DNA of 64,000 bases from an uncultured bacterium. GTDB taxonomy: Bacteria; Patescibacteriota; Patescibacteriia; Magasanikbacterales; GWA2-37-8. Made by a program: the position numbers and the translations under genes. The notes below the pieces were generated by a model that saw only the letters and a list, made by a program, of their open reading frames with translations, was not told where the DNA came from and did not search any database. Where the stretch lies: NCBI GenBank assembly GCA_937903605.1, contig CALCZC010000007.1:37982-101981 (forward strand). The letters run 5' to 3'. Shown here in pieces: positions 46,496-57,962 of this stretch (its first letter is position 1; the number at the start of each line of letters is the position of its first letter).

Positions 46496-46622
46496 ACAGT
46501 AAAAAGTTGAAAGTTAAAAGTTGTAAAGTTATAAGTCAAAAAATTCACCCGAGAGTGAATTTTTTTTATTATTAATATTTTAATCCGATACTTTCTACTT
46601 TTAACTTTTCACTTTTAACTTA
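46496..46622. mobile_element. Cargo-less MITE-like element of the AAAGTYAAAA inverted-repeat family (contains the terminator of the upstream gene)
   Basis: Left arm AAAAGTTGAAAGTTAAAAGTTGTAAAGTTATAAGTCAAAA. Right arm CTTTCTACTTTTAACTTTTCACTTTTAACTT is its imperfect reverse complement. Internal hairpin AATTCACCCGAGAGTGAATTTTTTTT. Confidence 0.4.
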
Positions 46623-48215
46623 TATCAGACTTCTCCCATTCATCTCTTCCGGTTGCGACAATCCCAACAAAGCCAGCACTGTCGGCGCTACATCAGCCAG
46701 CATGCCAACCGGTGAAAGCAGACTTAAATCCCCTTCCGGCGGATCTCCGGCCGGACCGGCTTGACCCAAGAAATCATTACTGACTATGTAAAGCGGCACC
46801 GGATTGGTAGAATGTTCTTTGTCCATCCCGCCGGTTTGCAAATTAAAAACTTCCTCGGCGTTACCATGATCGGCAGTCATCACCAAAACTCCGTTTTTCA
46901 ATAAAATTTTATCTACGATACTACCTAGACATTTATCAATGGTTTCCACGGCTTTTATGGTGGCTTCCAAATTACCGGTATGTCCAACCATATCGCCATT
47001 GGCAAAATTTACCGCAATAAAATCATGTTTTCCTTCATCTATCACTTCTAAAATCTTTTTAGTAATTTCATAAGCCGCCATTTCCGGTACATCCTCAAAC
47101 GAAGAAACTTTGGGAGACGGAGCGATAAACCTATCTTCCCCAGGATAGGGTTCTTCCACCATTCCGTTTAGAAAAAAGGTGATGTGAGCATATTTTGTTG
47201 TTTCTGCAATATGATATTGTTTTAGACCAGCTCGACTGACCACTTCCGCCAAGACATTACGCAATACTATCGGTTTATAAGCTATTTCTACTGGTAGTTC
47301 TTTTTCATATTCGGTCATGGTCGCAAAAAACAAATTATTTATTTTTTTTCTGGGAAATTTATCAAAACTCGGCAGAACAAAAGCTTTGGTCAATTGTCTG
47401 GCTCGGTCAGGACGAAAATTATAAAAAATGACTGCATCGTTATCTTCTATCAACGCTACTGGTTTTTCTTTTTCTGTAATCAAAGTAGGAATAAATTCTT
47501 CATCGTAATTTTTTTCAACATAAGAAGATTCAATTGCTTCAAGCGGATCTTTGTTTTTCCTTTGGGCCACACCCTCAACCAGCATCTTATAAGTTTTTTC
47601 AGTTCTATCCCATTGATTATCTCTATCCATAGCATAATAGCGACCGCTCAAACTGGCGATTTTACCTATTTTAAATTCTTTTATTTTTTCTTGCAATTGT
47701 TGTGTAAAAACCTTGCCGGAATTATAGATAGAATCTCGCCCGTCCAAAAAAGTTTGAATAAAGACATTATTTTTCAAGCCGTTTTCTTTTGCCATTTTCA
47801 AAAGAGCATATAAATGATCCGGACTACTATGGGTTTTACCGCCAATGAGCCCCATCAAATGCAGTTTTGAATTATGTTTTTTCACATGTTCTATCGCTTG
47901 TAAAAAAACCGGATTTTGAAAAAACCTGCCGCTCTCTATCTCATTATCAATACGCGGCAAAGTTTGATAATAAACTCGACCAGCTCCAATATTTAAATGT
48001 CCAACCTCGGAATTTCCCATTTCACCAAAACTCAAACCAACATCCGTGCCGGAGGCTTGTAAAGTAGAAACGGGATATGATTTGCAAAGTTGATCTAGAG
48101 TTGGAGTTTTGGCCAAAGCAATAGCATTACCCGGACCCTTCGGCGCCACTCCCCAGCCGTCTAATATCACTAATACTACTGGTCGATATTTATACATAGA
48201 AAATTTAAAATTCAA
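46620..48215 (-). CDS. gpmI: 2,3-bisphosphoglycerate-independent phosphoglycerate mutase (copy 1)
   Basis: VVLVILDGWG, catalytic-Ser region MGNSEVGHLNIGAGRV, ADHGN metal site, size about 525 aa. Start probably the internal MYKYRPVV. Confidence 0.85.
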   Translation of the reverse strand: MNFKFSMYKYRPVVLVILDGWGVAPKGPGNAIALAKTPTLDQLCKSYPVSTLQASGTDVGLSFGEMGNSEVGHLNIGAGRVYYQTLPRIDNEIESGRFFQNPVFLQAIEHVKKHNSKLHLMGLIGGKTHSSPDHLYALLKMAKENGLKNNVFIQTFLDGRDSIYNSGKVFTQQLQEKIKEFKIGKIASLSGRYYAMDRDNQWDRTEKTYKMLVEGVAQRKNKDPLEAIESSYVEKNYDEEFIPTLITEKEKPVALIEDNDAVIFYNFRPDRARQLTKAFVLPSFDKFPRKKINNLFFATMTEYEKELPVEIAYKPIVLRNVLAEVVSRAGLKQYHIAETTKYAHITFFLNGMVEEPYPGEDRFIAPSPKVSSFEDVPEMAAYEITKKILEVIDEGKHDFIAVNFANGDMVGHTGNLEATIKAVETIDKCLGSIVDKILLKNGVLVMTADHGNAEEVFNLQTGGMDKEHSTNPVPLYIVSNDFLGQAGPAGDPPEGDLSLLSPVGMLADVAPTVLALLGLSQPEEMNGRSLI

Positions 48216-48225
48216 AATTCAAAAT

Positions 48226-49788
48226 TTATAACAGACTTTTTCCTGTCATTTCTTTGGGTTTTTTGAGACCCATCAATTTCAAAATTGTTGGAGCAACATC
48301 AGCCAATTTACCTTTTGATAATCTTTTTTTCTTTTTATAATATTCTTTTCCGGCAATGATAAATGGTACGGGATTGTTGGAATGCTCTGTATCAATTTCT
48401 CCGGTTTTGATATTTATCATTTCTTCCACATTACCGTGATCGGCGGTGATCAAAACAGTTATTTTATTTTTTTCCGCCGCTTTTAATAATCTGTTTACTT
48501 CTTCGTCAATATTTTTAACCGCCAAAATTCCAGCCTGTAAATCCCCAGTATGGGCCACCATGTCTGGATTGGGATAATTGACACAAATAAAATTATATTC
48601 TTTTTTTTCTATTTCTTTGATTATAACGTCGGTCATTTCTTTGGAGCTCATTTGAGGACAAGTGGCATAATTATCCACTACCTTACTTTCTATTTTGATC
48701 CAACGTTCATCACAAAAATGTCTGGCATAACCGCCATTAAAAAAATAAGTAACATGAGCATATTTTTCAGTCTCGGAAATATATAGTTGTTTGAGCGGAC
48801 ACAAAACCTGCGGTAAACTATTTATCACATCGCGAGACGGAAAAGCGGTCAAAACTCCTGGTAGATCCGGCCCAAAATCAGACATAGCCACAAAACGAAT
48901 ATTTTTGGGAATTCTGGTACGACGAAAAGCGTTGGGGTTTATTTTTTCAAAATCAGGTTGGACGAAAGCTTTAGTCAGTTGTCGCGCCCTATCACTTCTC
49001 AAATTAAAAAAGAAGATGGCATCATTATCATTAATTTTGGCAATGGGTTTACCTTTTTCTAAAATCACGGTCGGTTTAATAAATTCGTCGGTTTCTCCGG
49101 AATTATAAGCCTGGGTCAGTGCATCTGTAGGTGAATTTGCTGTTCGACAACTTCGACATTCTACCAAAGCATCGTAGGCCTTTTTGATTCTCTCCCAATT
49201 TTTACCTCTATCCATGCCATAAAAACGACCGAGAATAGTGGCAATTTTTTCATTTCCATGAAATCTTTCTTTCAAAAGTTTTAGGTGTTGAGGGGCGTTA
49301 TGTTGTCCAGAATCGCGCCCATCAGTAAAAAGGTGTAAATAAACTTTTTGAATTTTTTCTTGATGAAAATAATCAAGCAATGCATATAAATGTTCGGGAC
49401 AAGAATGAGCGCTGTTATGATTGGAAAGTAAACCGACAAGGTGAACAGCAGTATTATATTTTCTGACATGATGTAGGACTTGGTCAAAAGCCGGATTTTT
49501 GAAAAAGGTACCGTCATCAATAGCGTCACTGATATAGACCGCGTCTTGTTTTACTACTCGACCGGCACCCAAATTCATGTGTCCGGCTTCACTGTTCCCG
49601 TCTTCATTTTTAAAAAGACCCACAGCTTCTCCACTAGCTTCAAGTTTTGTATTTGGATAATCTTTTAACCAACGAAAATAATTCGGGGCATTCTCAGGCG
49701 TCACCGGATTTCCTTTGTTTTTTAATTCGGCAATTCCCCATCCATCCATTATAACCAACATTACCGAATTTTTATTATTCTTTTGCAT
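48226..49788 (-). CDS. gpmI: 2,3-bisphosphoglycerate-independent phosphoglycerate mutase (copy 2, tandem paralog)
   Basis: [32 protein letters not shown]. 520 aa. About 35-40% identical to copy 1 by eye. Confidence 0.85.
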   Translation of the reverse strand: MQKNNKNSVMLVIMDGWGIAELKNKGNPVTPENAPNYFRWLKDYPNTKLEASGEAVGLFKNEDGNSEAGHMNLGAGRVVKQDAVYISDAIDDGTFFKNPAFDQVLHHVRKYNTAVHLVGLLSNHNSAHSCPEHLYALLDYFHQEKIQKVYLHLFTDGRDSGQHNAPQHLKLLKERFHGNEKIATILGRFYGMDRGKNWERIKKAYDALVECRSCRTANSPTDALTQAYNSGETDEFIKPTVILEKGKPIAKINDNDAIFFFNLRSDRARQLTKAFVQPDFEKINPNAFRRTRIPKNIRFVAMSDFGPDLPGVLTAFPSRDVINSLPQVLCPLKQLYISETEKYAHVTYFFNGGYARHFCDERWIKIESKVVDNYATCPQMSSKEMTDVIIKEIEKKEYNFICVNYPNPDMVAHTGDLQAGILAVKNIDEEVNRLLKAAEKNKITVLITADHGNVEEMINIKTGEIDTEHSNNPVPFIIAGKEYYKKKKRLSKGKLADVAPTILKLMGLKKPKEMTGKSLL

Positions 49789-51043
49789 ACTTCTTCAAAT
49801 TTTTTAACTCACTCTCTATCTCCATCAATCTGTTATATTTTTCAACCCTTTCCGAACGCGATAATGACCCGGTCTTTATTCCGTTGGCGTTTACCGCTAC
49901 TGCCAAATCCGCTATGAAAGTATCCGCAGTCTCGCCGCTGCGATGGGAAATTATCGTTTTATAACCGGCGTCTTTGGCCATTTGTATTGTTTTCATGGTT
50001 TCGGAAAGAGTTCCAATTTGATTAACTTTTATCAAAATACTGTTGGCCACTCCTTGTCTGATACCTTCGGAGAAAATTTCCGGATTGGTGACAAAAATAT
50101 CATCTCCGACCAAAGCCATTTTTTCGTCAAATTTAACGGTTAAAACTTTCCAACCTTGCCAATCTTTTTCGCTCAAACCGTCTTCTATCAATCTTAAAGC
50201 CGGATATTTTCTAATCCAAGTTTCATAAACTTTTATCATTTGGTCGGAATTTAAGGTTTTGCCTTTTTCAAAATAATATTTATCATTTTCAAAAAATTCC
50301 GAAGCGGCCACATCCATACCCAAATAAACATCCTCCCCCGGTTTGTATCCGGATTTTTTGACAGCTTCCAAAATTATTTTTAAAGCCGCTTCATTATTTG
50401 GCAACTGCGGAGCAAATCCGCCTTCATCTCCTACCGAAGTAACATATTTTTTTTCTTTGAGTATTTTCTTCAATGTATGGAATATTTCCGCACCCATTCT
50501 GACAGTCTCGCTAAATCTTTTATTCTTCGGCCCGATCATAAATTCTTGAATAGACAAACCGCTGTCCGCGTGGGCTCCGCCGTTGATTATATTCATTATC
50601 GGCTGAGGCATAATAAAATTTTGCTCTGTAATTTTGTATATTTTACGCAAATATTTATAAAGCGGCATTTTGGCATTTAAAGCTCCGGCCCTAGCGCAAG
50701 CCAAAGAAACCGACAAAATAGCGTTGGCCCCAAGACGACTTTTGTTTTTGGTTCCATCAAGCTTAATCATCTTGGCATCTATTTCTTGAATTTTATCAAT
50801 TTCCATTCCGACAACCGCTTTGGCAATTTTTTCATTAACGTTTTTTACAGCCTTGAGAACACCCTTACCTGCGTATCGTTTACCACCATCACGCAGTTCC
50901 AAAGCCTCCCGAGTACCTGTAGAAGCACCGGATGGAACCGCTGCCACAGCTTCTAAACCGTTTTGTAAAATAACTTTGGTTTCCACAGTTGGGTTGCCGC
51001 GAGAATCCAAGATTTCTCTAGCTATAATTTTTTTAATTTTCAT
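49775..51043 (-). CDS. eno: Enolase
   Basis: [27 protein letters not shown]-equivalent [26 protein letters not shown]. 422 aa. Confidence 0.9.
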   Translation of the reverse strand: MKIKKIIAREILDSRGNPTVETKVILQNGLEAVAAVPSGASTGTREALELRDGGKRYAGKGVLKAVKNVNEKIAKAVVGMEIDKIQEIDAKMIKLDGTKNKSRLGANAILSVSLACARAGALNAKMPLYKYLRKIYKITEQNFIMPQPIMNIINGGAHADSGLSIQEFMIGPKNKRFSETVRMGAEIFHTLKKILKEKKYVTSVGDEGGFAPQLPNNEAALKIILEAVKKSGYKPGEDVYLGMDVAASEFFENDKYYFEKGKTLNSDQMIKVYETWIRKYPALRLIEDGLSEKDWQGWKVLTVKFDEKMALVGDDIFVTNPEIFSEGIRQGVANSILIKVNQIGTLSETMKTIQMAKDAGYKTIISHRSGETADTFIADLAVAVNANGIKTGSLSRSERVEKYNRLMEIESELKNLKKYAKE

Positions 51044-51229
51044 AATTTCTAGGTATGAATAAAGAAATAAAATGTATTTTATTTTTTATGAAGTCTGACG
51101 AATTTTCAAGCTTTGCTTACAAAAATATTCAATATTTAATACTCAATATTAACCTATCAATTATACCACATTTTTACCAAAATAAAAGACCTCCGCTTTT
51201 TACGGAGATCTTTTTTATTTTTAATTTTT

Positions 51230-52123
51230 TTATCTCACTATTTCGTAAGTTACATTTACATTCATAACCACATCTTTACTACCACCAGCAGTAACTTCCG
51301 GTGCGTAGCCACCACCGATTCCACCGCCTTCAGCTCCCATGAAACTGCGAGAATAATAGGCATCATTGGTTGCTTCGTATTCGCTATAATACATTACACT
51401 ACCCAATTTTAATCCTAAATTATTGGCTAAAATTTGAGCTTTTTCTTTAGCATCGCTCAAAGCTTTTTCTCTGGCTTCTTTCTTGAGATTTTCAGGATCA
51501 TCAATGGTAAAGTTCAAACCACTTACTTCATTAGCGCCATATTTACCGGCTAAATTTAAAACTTCATTTACTTTGGATAAATCGCGAATTTTAACGGTAA
51601 TATTATGAGTCACTTTATAACCTTTTAGTACAGAGCCTTTATCTTGAGTATAATTATATTCAGGATAAATCATGTAATTACTTTGTAAATCTTTGTCTTC
51701 GATACCCAGCTGATTTAAATCGGCCATTACTTTGTCCATTACTTTTTTATTTTCACTTTGGGCAATACTGACTTCTTTGTCGGTATTACTAAAACCGATA
51801 GTGGTCACGGCGATATCGTTGCGACCGGTAACTTTACCATAACCATTGATAGAAATACTACGTTCATTTTGCGGAGCTTTACCGATAAATTGATAAGATT
51901 TAAAGGTGTTGCGACTAAGCGCTCCAACATAAAAAATACCGTAAAGTAAAAAGACGGCCAAAAAAATCATAATGATTTTTTTACCATATACATACCCGCA
52001 AGATTTGCAGGAATACGAACAATCCGCTCCGCAGCCGGCTTTTTTGATTGCAAGCGCGACCGGTGTCGTAATCTTTGGGTTAATAGGCATAAAACCTCCT
52101 ATTTTCTTTTTATCGGGCGACAA
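51230..52123 (-). CDS. SIMPL domain (DUF541) secreted protein
   Basis: ISINGYGKVTG...GYKVTHNITVKIRDLSKVNEVLN...GLNFTIDDPENLKKEAREKALSDAKEKAQILA is the typical SIMPL/DUF541 pattern. N-terminal TM or signal anchor. Confidence 0.7.
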   Translation of the reverse strand: MSPDKKKIGGFMPINPKITTPVALAIKKAGCGADCSYSCKSCGYVYGKKIIMIFLAVFLLYGIFYVGALSRNTFKSYQFIGKAPQNERSISINGYGKVTGRNDIAVTTIGFSNTDKEVSIAQSENKKVMDKVMADLNQLGIEDKDLQSNYMIYPEYNYTQDKGSVLKGYKVTHNITVKIRDLSKVNEVLNLAGKYGANEVSGLNFTIDDPENLKKEAREKALSDAKEKAQILANNLGLKLGSVMYYSEYEATNDAYYSRSFMGAEGGGIGGGYAPEVTAGGSKDVVMNVNVTYEIVR

Positions 52124-52208
52124 AAAGAAAAATAAATTAAATAAATTATTTATGTTTTAATTATAACACTATTTTATTTTTTTGTCATCAAGGTTCGGGT
52201 AATAATCT

Positions 52209-54320
52209 TTATTTAGACTCTTTCAAAAACTCCACTTCTCCAACTTTTTCCCAATTTTTCTCGTCATATACCGTAATCTTTTCATCGCTGATAATATAAA
52301 GATAATCTTCCAAGTATATAGCTCTTTTCACATTTGTCGCACTAAGAGACTTTTTTAGAACCAAATTATTGTTTTCGTAGCTAAAGACATAACCACCTTT
52401 TGAAGCCGGGATAAAGAATATTTTATGTTTATCATCTTGCAAGAAAGCACGGTGGTTATTTAGAGCTTCCGACCAATATTCGTTTAACGTATATTTGGAA
52501 ACTTCTGTGGGATTTTCAGGACTACTGGCATCAAAAATAGAAATTTTAACTTTACTGTCTTCACGACCTATACCCAAAACTTTGTGATTACCAAGCGGAT
52601 GTAAATAAGATGAATATCCTGGAATCTTCAATTCTCCCTTTAAAGCCGGGTTCCTGGGGTCAGCCAAATTTAACACATAAAAAGGATCAGTTTCGCGAAA
52701 GGTTACTACATATCCCCTGTCTTCTACAAAACGAACTGAATAAATTCTTTCTGTTTCGCCTAAATCTTTTACAGATCCTTGGACTTTCAAATTTTCATCC
52801 AAAACATAAACATCACTGACGGTTTTGGTGCTGTTTCTAAAACCGGCAAACCATTGTTCTCCGATGGTTGTCGCTATCCTCAAACTTCCTTTATATTCGT
52901 CCATGGAAAATTGATTTAACGGATGTCCGGCCACCACACCGGTTTTTGCTACAAAATCTTTTAAACCTATTTTAACTATACCGGTCTTATCAAATTCACG
53001 ACGATTTTTCAAATAATACTTTTCCGCTCTATTACCAACTTCGTTCTCAAAAGTTAAAGCTTCGTCTTTGGATAAAGATTCCATAAATTTTGTAGCCAAA
53101 TAACTAAGCTCGGTTGTTTTGGCAGATTGACTCAGGTCATATCCGCGAACTTTTTCCAATTTTTCAATCAACCAAGTCGGTGCCAAATCTTTATTTTCCA
53201 TGATAAAATCAAAGGCCATTTCAAAATAATCAAGAGGTATTCTATAAGTCAAATACATAGCGTTCTCTGACATATAAAAAACAGAATCACTCGAAGAACC
53301 AACAAAAGAAGTTTTCTTTTCAACTTTACCTGTCGCAGTATCCAAAACTACAAAATTGAACACTGTGTCTGATGAATCAGAAACTGTAGGATAATAAATA
53401 TCGGTACAATTTATTATTACTTCTTCTTGACCGACAGTTAACGGCTTGATTGGACAAGGAGTGTTACGTGAAACATAATTATTGGTAATGAGATATATTT
53501 TACCATTCAACAACCTGGCGTCTTTAAATTGTTCATCCTCTGATAGTTTGGCTTGCCACTTTTCTTTGGGATTTGTCTTATCAGAAACGTCATAGGCGGT
53601 TATCAAACTATAACCACGCCAATCCCAATATTTTTCTTCCGGATAGGAAAAAACTATCAAAGTATTGTTGGTCAAAAGTAGGTCTCCATTCTTATTAATT
53701 TTAGAATCATTTTTTAGATTATTCAAAGGAAAAGCGTTTACTAAAAAAGTGCCGCCAGAAACTCTATACGACATATCACGATAAAAACCGGCATCTGCAT
53801 CCCAAACATTGTTATAGGCATAGGAACCTTCTTTTGAAAAAAATATTTCTTTTCCATCGGTTTTTACAATATCCGGTTCATCAATGCCCGCAACCTGCAC
53901 ATTTGTTTCTGAAAAACGCCCGGCGGACTGACTGCTTTCTGAAGAAGACAATCCTGTTTTTTCACTCAAACCCAAAGCATCTGATGCTCCGCCCATATCC
54001 ATAGCGGCCGTTGGCATAAAACTCTCATTTCTTGAACCAAAACTAATTCCGCCATAATAACTTTGATTTTCTTGTTGTTTGGTCAAATATTGTTTGAATT
54101 CTTCCGCTGAAGCGAATTTTTTAATCTCGGCTTTTTCAGATATTTTAGTATTTTCCGTTTGTTCTATCTGTTTTGTTTTTTTATTTTCTTCGGTTATTTT
54201 TTCATCAACCGGTCTAAATTTTGTTGTGTATAACAAAACGAGACTACCTGCGATACAAACGGTAGTTATAACTCCCAAAATTATAAAGCCGGTCTTGAGA
54301 CTTATATCTTTTTGAAACAT
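52209..54320 (-). CDS. Secreted beta-propeller domain protein (N-terminal TM anchor)
   Basis: N-terminal TM GFIILGVITTVCIAGSLVLLY. Long beta-rich body with recurring aromatic/Gly motifs. Architecture matches the Beta_propel-type family. No catalytic motif recognised. Confidence 0.5.
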   Translation of the reverse strand: MFQKDISLKTGFIILGVITTVCIAGSLVLLYTTKFRPVDEKITEENKKTKQIEQTENTKISEKAEIKKFASAEEFKQYLTKQQENQSYYGGISFGSRNESFMPTAAMDMGGASDALGLSEKTGLSSSESSQSAGRFSETNVQVAGIDEPDIVKTDGKEIFFSKEGSYAYNNVWDADAGFYRDMSYRVSGGTFLVNAFPLNNLKNDSKINKNGDLLLTNNTLIVFSYPEEKYWDWRGYSLITAYDVSDKTNPKEKWQAKLSEDEQFKDARLLNGKIYLITNNYVSRNTPCPIKPLTVGQEEVIINCTDIYYPTVSDSSDTVFNFVVLDTATGKVEKKTSFVGSSSDSVFYMSENAMYLTYRIPLDYFEMAFDFIMENKDLAPTWLIEKLEKVRGYDLSQSAKTTELSYLATKFMESLSKDEALTFENEVGNRAEKYYLKNRREFDKTGIVKIGLKDFVAKTGVVAGHPLNQFSMDEYKGSLRIATTIGEQWFAGFRNSTKTVSDVYVLDENLKVQGSVKDLGETERIYSVRFVEDRGYVVTFRETDPFYVLNLADPRNPALKGELKIPGYSSYLHPLGNHKVLGIGREDSKVKISIFDASSPENPTEVSKYTLNEYWSEALNNHRAFLQDDKHKIFFIPASKGGYVFSYENNNLVLKKSLSATNVKRAIYLEDYLYIISDEKITVYDEKNWEKVGEVEFLKESK

Positions 54321-54334
54321 ATTTTTAAAATTAC

Positions 54335-55540
54335 TTATTTAGTTACGATTTTAACTCCGGGTAATTTTTTACCGCTAAGGTATTCCAACATCGCTCCCCC
54401 GCCGGTGCTGACCAAATCTATATCATCCATTAATTCAAGTTTTTTCAAAACTTCTACAGTTTCTCCCCCGCCACAAACTCCGAAAGCCGGGCCTTTGGAT
54501 TTGGCGGCAAATAAACGAGCCATCGCATAGGTACCATATTCATAAGGATGTTGTTCAAAATATCCCATAGCACCATTCCAGACAAGCGTTTTGGCTTTTT
54601 TGATAATTTGTGCAAAATGACTGACGGTCTTAGGACCAATATCAAAAATGGCTTCTGTTTTTTTAAGTATAATTTTTTTATCAGTATCTACAATACTGCA
54701 TTTTTCTCCCTTATTTGTGCCAACTATAAAATCAAGTGGCATGATAACATTTTTCTTTTTACCATAAAAAAGAGCTTCCTTTTTATGATCTTTGTCAAAA
54801 AGCGAATTGCCAATTTGGGCGCCCTTGGCAAAGTAATACGTATTGGCTATTCCTCCCCCTACCAAGATATAATGCGCAGAACTGCCAAATTGTTTCAAAA
54901 GAGGTATTTTGGTTTCCATCTTTGCCCCACCCAACACAACCACGAAGGGTTTTTTGGGTTTTTTTATAATTCGTTCCAAGCCCGAAACTTCCTCTTCCAT
55001 CAGTAAACCGGCCACAGACGACAAATGTTTGGCAATACCGGTAACAGTCGCTGCGTCACGATGAGCAACGGCAAAACCATCCAAAACAAAAATGTCTCCC
55101 AGAGCGGCAAACTTTTTTGCGACAACTTTATCGTTTTTTTCTTCGCCTTTGACAAAGCGGACATTTTCCAAAACCAGCACTTCGCCGTTTTCCAGCTTAG
55201 CAGTCAAATTTTGCGCTTCCGACCAATAATTTTCCGGGGTTTTTTTGATCTTATTAAAATCGCTAATTTTAACTTCTTTTTTCAAAATTTCTGACAATGC
55301 TTTGGCTACCGGTTTCAAGCTCAGATTTTTATCCACCCCATCCGGACGACCCAAGTGACTTAATAAAATAACTTTAGCACCTTTGTTAATCAAAAAATTT
55401 ATTGTGGGTAAACTTTTTTCTATTTTATACAGTTCTTTGATTTTCCCGTTTTTGATAGGAACGTTAAAATCGGCGCGGACCAAAACGCGCTTGCCTTTGA
55501 AATTTTTGATTGATTTGAGAGTTTTGATTTGCATAGACAA
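54335..55540 (-). CDS. pgk: Phosphoglycerate kinase
   Basis: KRVLVRADFNVP, ILLSHLGRP, C-terminal GGGA...TGGGA nucleotide-binding loops. 401 aa. Confidence 0.9.
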   Translation of the reverse strand: MSMQIKTLKSIKNFKGKRVLVRADFNVPIKNGKIKELYKIEKSLPTINFLINKGAKVILLSHLGRPDGVDKNLSLKPVAKALSEILKKEVKISDFNKIKKTPENYWSEAQNLTAKLENGEVLVLENVRFVKGEEKNDKVVAKKFAALGDIFVLDGFAVAHRDAATVTGIAKHLSSVAGLLMEEEVSGLERIIKKPKKPFVVVLGGAKMETKIPLLKQFGSSAHYILVGGGIANTYYFAKGAQIGNSLFDKDHKKEALFYGKKKNVIMPLDFIVGTNKGEKCSIVDTDKKIILKKTEAIFDIGPKTVSHFAQIIKKAKTLVWNGAMGYFEQHPYEYGTYAMARLFAAKSKGPAFGVCGGGETVEVLKKLELMDDIDLVSTGGGAMLEYLSGKKLPGVKIVTK

Positions 55541-55660
55541 AAATATTGAATATTAAATATTGGATATTACTTTTCTTAAAAAACAATATTCAATATCCAG
55601 TATTCAATATTAAATCAGGCTTTTTAAAAGTATACCACAAATAAACAAACTAGACCAAAG

Positions 55661-56680
55661 TTATCTAATCAATTCAACGTAGCCTTCTTCATCCGGCCAA
55701 AGATAGTTGTCAAAAATCCAATCCGCCAGATCGCGGGCTTCAGAAAACCTAGCCTCACTATTTTGCGCTCCCAAAACTACCACAATAATTTGGTGGTCTT
55801 TTTTATCTGCCAAGCGTACAACAAAATTATAACCGGAATCATAAATAAAACCTGTTTTACCGACAATTTTATCCATTGGAAATTCATTTGGCATCCATTT
55901 GGTCAAAAGCCAATTGGTGCTATATACTTGTCGCGGTTTTTCATTATTGAGCGGCTTGGTGGTGTATTGTCCGATTTGCAGACTTTTCAATATTTTTTCC
56001 GATTTTAGAGCTTCTTTAAGCAACCCCGCCACATCTTTGGCATTACCGACATTACCCGATCCCAAACCAGTCGGTTCAGTAAAAAACAAAGAACTTAGGT
56101 TCAATTCTTTGGCTTTGTTATTCATCATTTCTACAAATTTTTCTGGGGTTACGCCACTGTTTCTAACTAAAGCTTTTATAGCACTGTTGGCAGAACTTAC
56201 CAAAGCCACATTCCAAAGATCGCTTAGTTTTAAATTATCTCCCGGTTTTAACTGGTGAGAAGAAGAATCACAATCTGCATCCAAAATCAGAGTAGAAGAA
56301 TTCCAATCTATCGGCAAATCCAGTAACACCATCATCGTCATCAGTTTGGTAATACTGGCCAAAGACCGAACATTCTGACTGTTTTTTTCAAAAAGTTGTT
56401 TATCACTTTGTACATCAACAATCAAAATTGAAGCTGCCGTACTAGTGCCGGTAAACAAAAGTTCGTTTTTAACCAAAGGCCAAGCCGGCTTACTAAGAGG
56501 AAATTTATCCAGGGATTTTTCTAAAAAATTTGTTTCTTTTCTAATATCAGAAGCGGGAAATAATTTTTTTTCTATATTATTTTCTATTGTAACAGAAAAA
56601 ATAAACAATAAAAAAAGACCGATAAACATCAGACCAAAAGAAAAAAAGAAGTCTATAAATTTTTGTGGTATTTTTATCAC
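55661..56680 (-). CDS. D-alanyl-D-alanine carboxypeptidase (S11 family penicillin-binding protein)
   Basis: SxxK LASITKLMT, SxN SSANSA, KTG GKTGFIYDSG. N-terminal TM anchor. Confidence 0.75.
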   Translation of the reverse strand: MIKIPQKFIDFFFSFGLMFIGLFLLFIFSVTIENNIEKKLFPASDIRKETNFLEKSLDKFPLSKPAWPLVKNELLFTGTSTAASILIVDVQSDKQLFEKNSQNVRSLASITKLMTMMVLLDLPIDWNSSTLILDADCDSSSHQLKPGDNLKLSDLWNVALVSSANSAIKALVRNSGVTPEKFVEMMNNKAKELNLSSLFFTEPTGLGSGNVGNAKDVAGLLKEALKSEKILKSLQIGQYTTKPLNNEKPRQVYSTNWLLTKWMPNEFPMDKIVGKTGFIYDSGYNFVVRLADKKDHQIIVVVLGAQNSEARFSEARDLADWIFDNYLWPDEEGYVELIR

Positions 56681-56719
56681 GATTTTGTATCTTTATTTTT
56701 TACAACGCTACACGTTGTA

Positions 56720-57271
56720 TTAAGCACGTTCGGTTTCTTCGTTGGATAGGGCTTTCAACATATACTCATGATTGTGTAACATTTCAAAATCAGGCAAATC
56801 TCTAATATCGTTTATTCCCAAGTGTCGCAAATATTCTACTGTAACCTCGTATTTTGGTAAAAGTCCGGTGGGGTCTGCGTGTTCTTTGACCAAACCTCGT
56901 ATCAAGAGGTTGCGTAAAATCAAACTGCAATTAACTCCTCTGATTTGTTCGATTTCCGGTTTAGTGAGTGGTCCACGATAAGAAATCACTGTCAGTGTTT
57001 CCAGTTGTGGCCTGGTCAACTCTCCGCCGATTTCCGCTTTAACAAATTTTTCCGCCGCTTCTTTATTTTCTGCATTACTCACCATCTGACAATCGCCGTT
57101 ATTATTGATAATCACCACTCCTGATTCGGGTGTATTATATTTATTAATCAAATTTTCCAAAGCATTTTGCGCTTCTTTTTCATCGCAGTTTAAAACTTTG
57201 GCGATTTTTTTGGCGTTTAATGGTTTACCGGCTACGAATAAAATAGATTCGATTTGAGAAATTATGGACAT
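56720..57271 (-). CDS. scpB: Segregation and condensation protein B
   Basis: ESILFVAGKPLNAKKIAKVL and tandem winged-helix pattern (EIQIRGVN). 183 aa. Directly downstream of scpA. Confidence 0.8.
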   Translation of the reverse strand: MSIISQIESILFVAGKPLNAKKIAKVLNCDEKEAQNALENLINKYNTPESGVVIINNNGDCQMVSNAENKEAAEKFVKAEIGGELTRPQLETLTVISYRGPLTKPEIEQIRGVNCSLILRNLLIRGLVKEHADPTGLLPKYEVTVEYLRHLGINDIRDLPDFEMLHNHEYMLKALSNEETERA

Positions 57272-57272
57272 A

Positions 57273-57962
57273 TTATATTTTGTTTATTTCTATATCTTCA
57301 AAACTGTTATTTTGAGTAATAAAAATTTTTTCCGCTTTTAACAATTCCAAAATAGCTAAAAAATTTACAATAACTTCGGTGCGGGAGCCGGCGGTTTTGA
57401 CTATTTCCGAAAAACTGACTTTTTTGGTGGATTTCAATAAATTATAAATACTATCAATTTGGCGTTTAACCGAAATAGATCTGTCTATTTTGATTTGAGG
57501 CAACGGATCTACCGGTTTCAATCTTTTGAGCAATTGTAAATAAGCTGTTTTCAAATCTTCCAGACCGGCATTTTGAGGTAAAACAAAATCTTTGGGAATT
57601 AATGGTGGTTCAAAGCGACCATAAGCCTGTTTTTCTTCATTCCACATTTTATTTATTTTACCACTGGCTTCCAAAAACATTTTATACAAACGCAATTGAT
57701 CGGCCAAATTCGGACCTTCATCTTCTTCGGGCATCAAATAAGGCAATAGTGTTTTTGATTTGAGATAAACTAAACGTGTAGCCACTACCAAAAAATCCGC
57801 CAATTCTTCCGGACATTTTTCTTCCAATTTATTCAAATAATTAAAAAATTGTTCGGTAACTTGAGAAATGGATATTTCACTAATCTCCATTTTTTCTTCT
57901 TCGATCAAACCCAAGAGTAAATCAAGCGGACCGGTAAATTTTTCAAGAATTACTTCTTTCAT
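57273..57962 (-). CDS. scpA: Segregation and condensation protein A
   Basis: LEKFTGPLDLLLGLIEEEKMEISEISISQVTEQF is the ScpA N-terminal signature. 229 aa. Confidence 0.8.
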   Translation of the reverse strand: MKEVILEKFTGPLDLLLGLIEEEKMEISEISISQVTEQFFNYLNKLEEKCPEELADFLVVATRLVYLKSKTLLPYLMPEEDEGPNLADQLRLYKMFLEASGKINKMWNEEKQAYGRFEPPLIPKDFVLPQNAGLEDLKTAYLQLLKRLKPVDPLPQIKIDRSISVKRQIDSIYNLLKSTKKVSFSEIVKTAGSRTEVIVNFLAILELLKAEKIFITQNNSFEDIEINKI

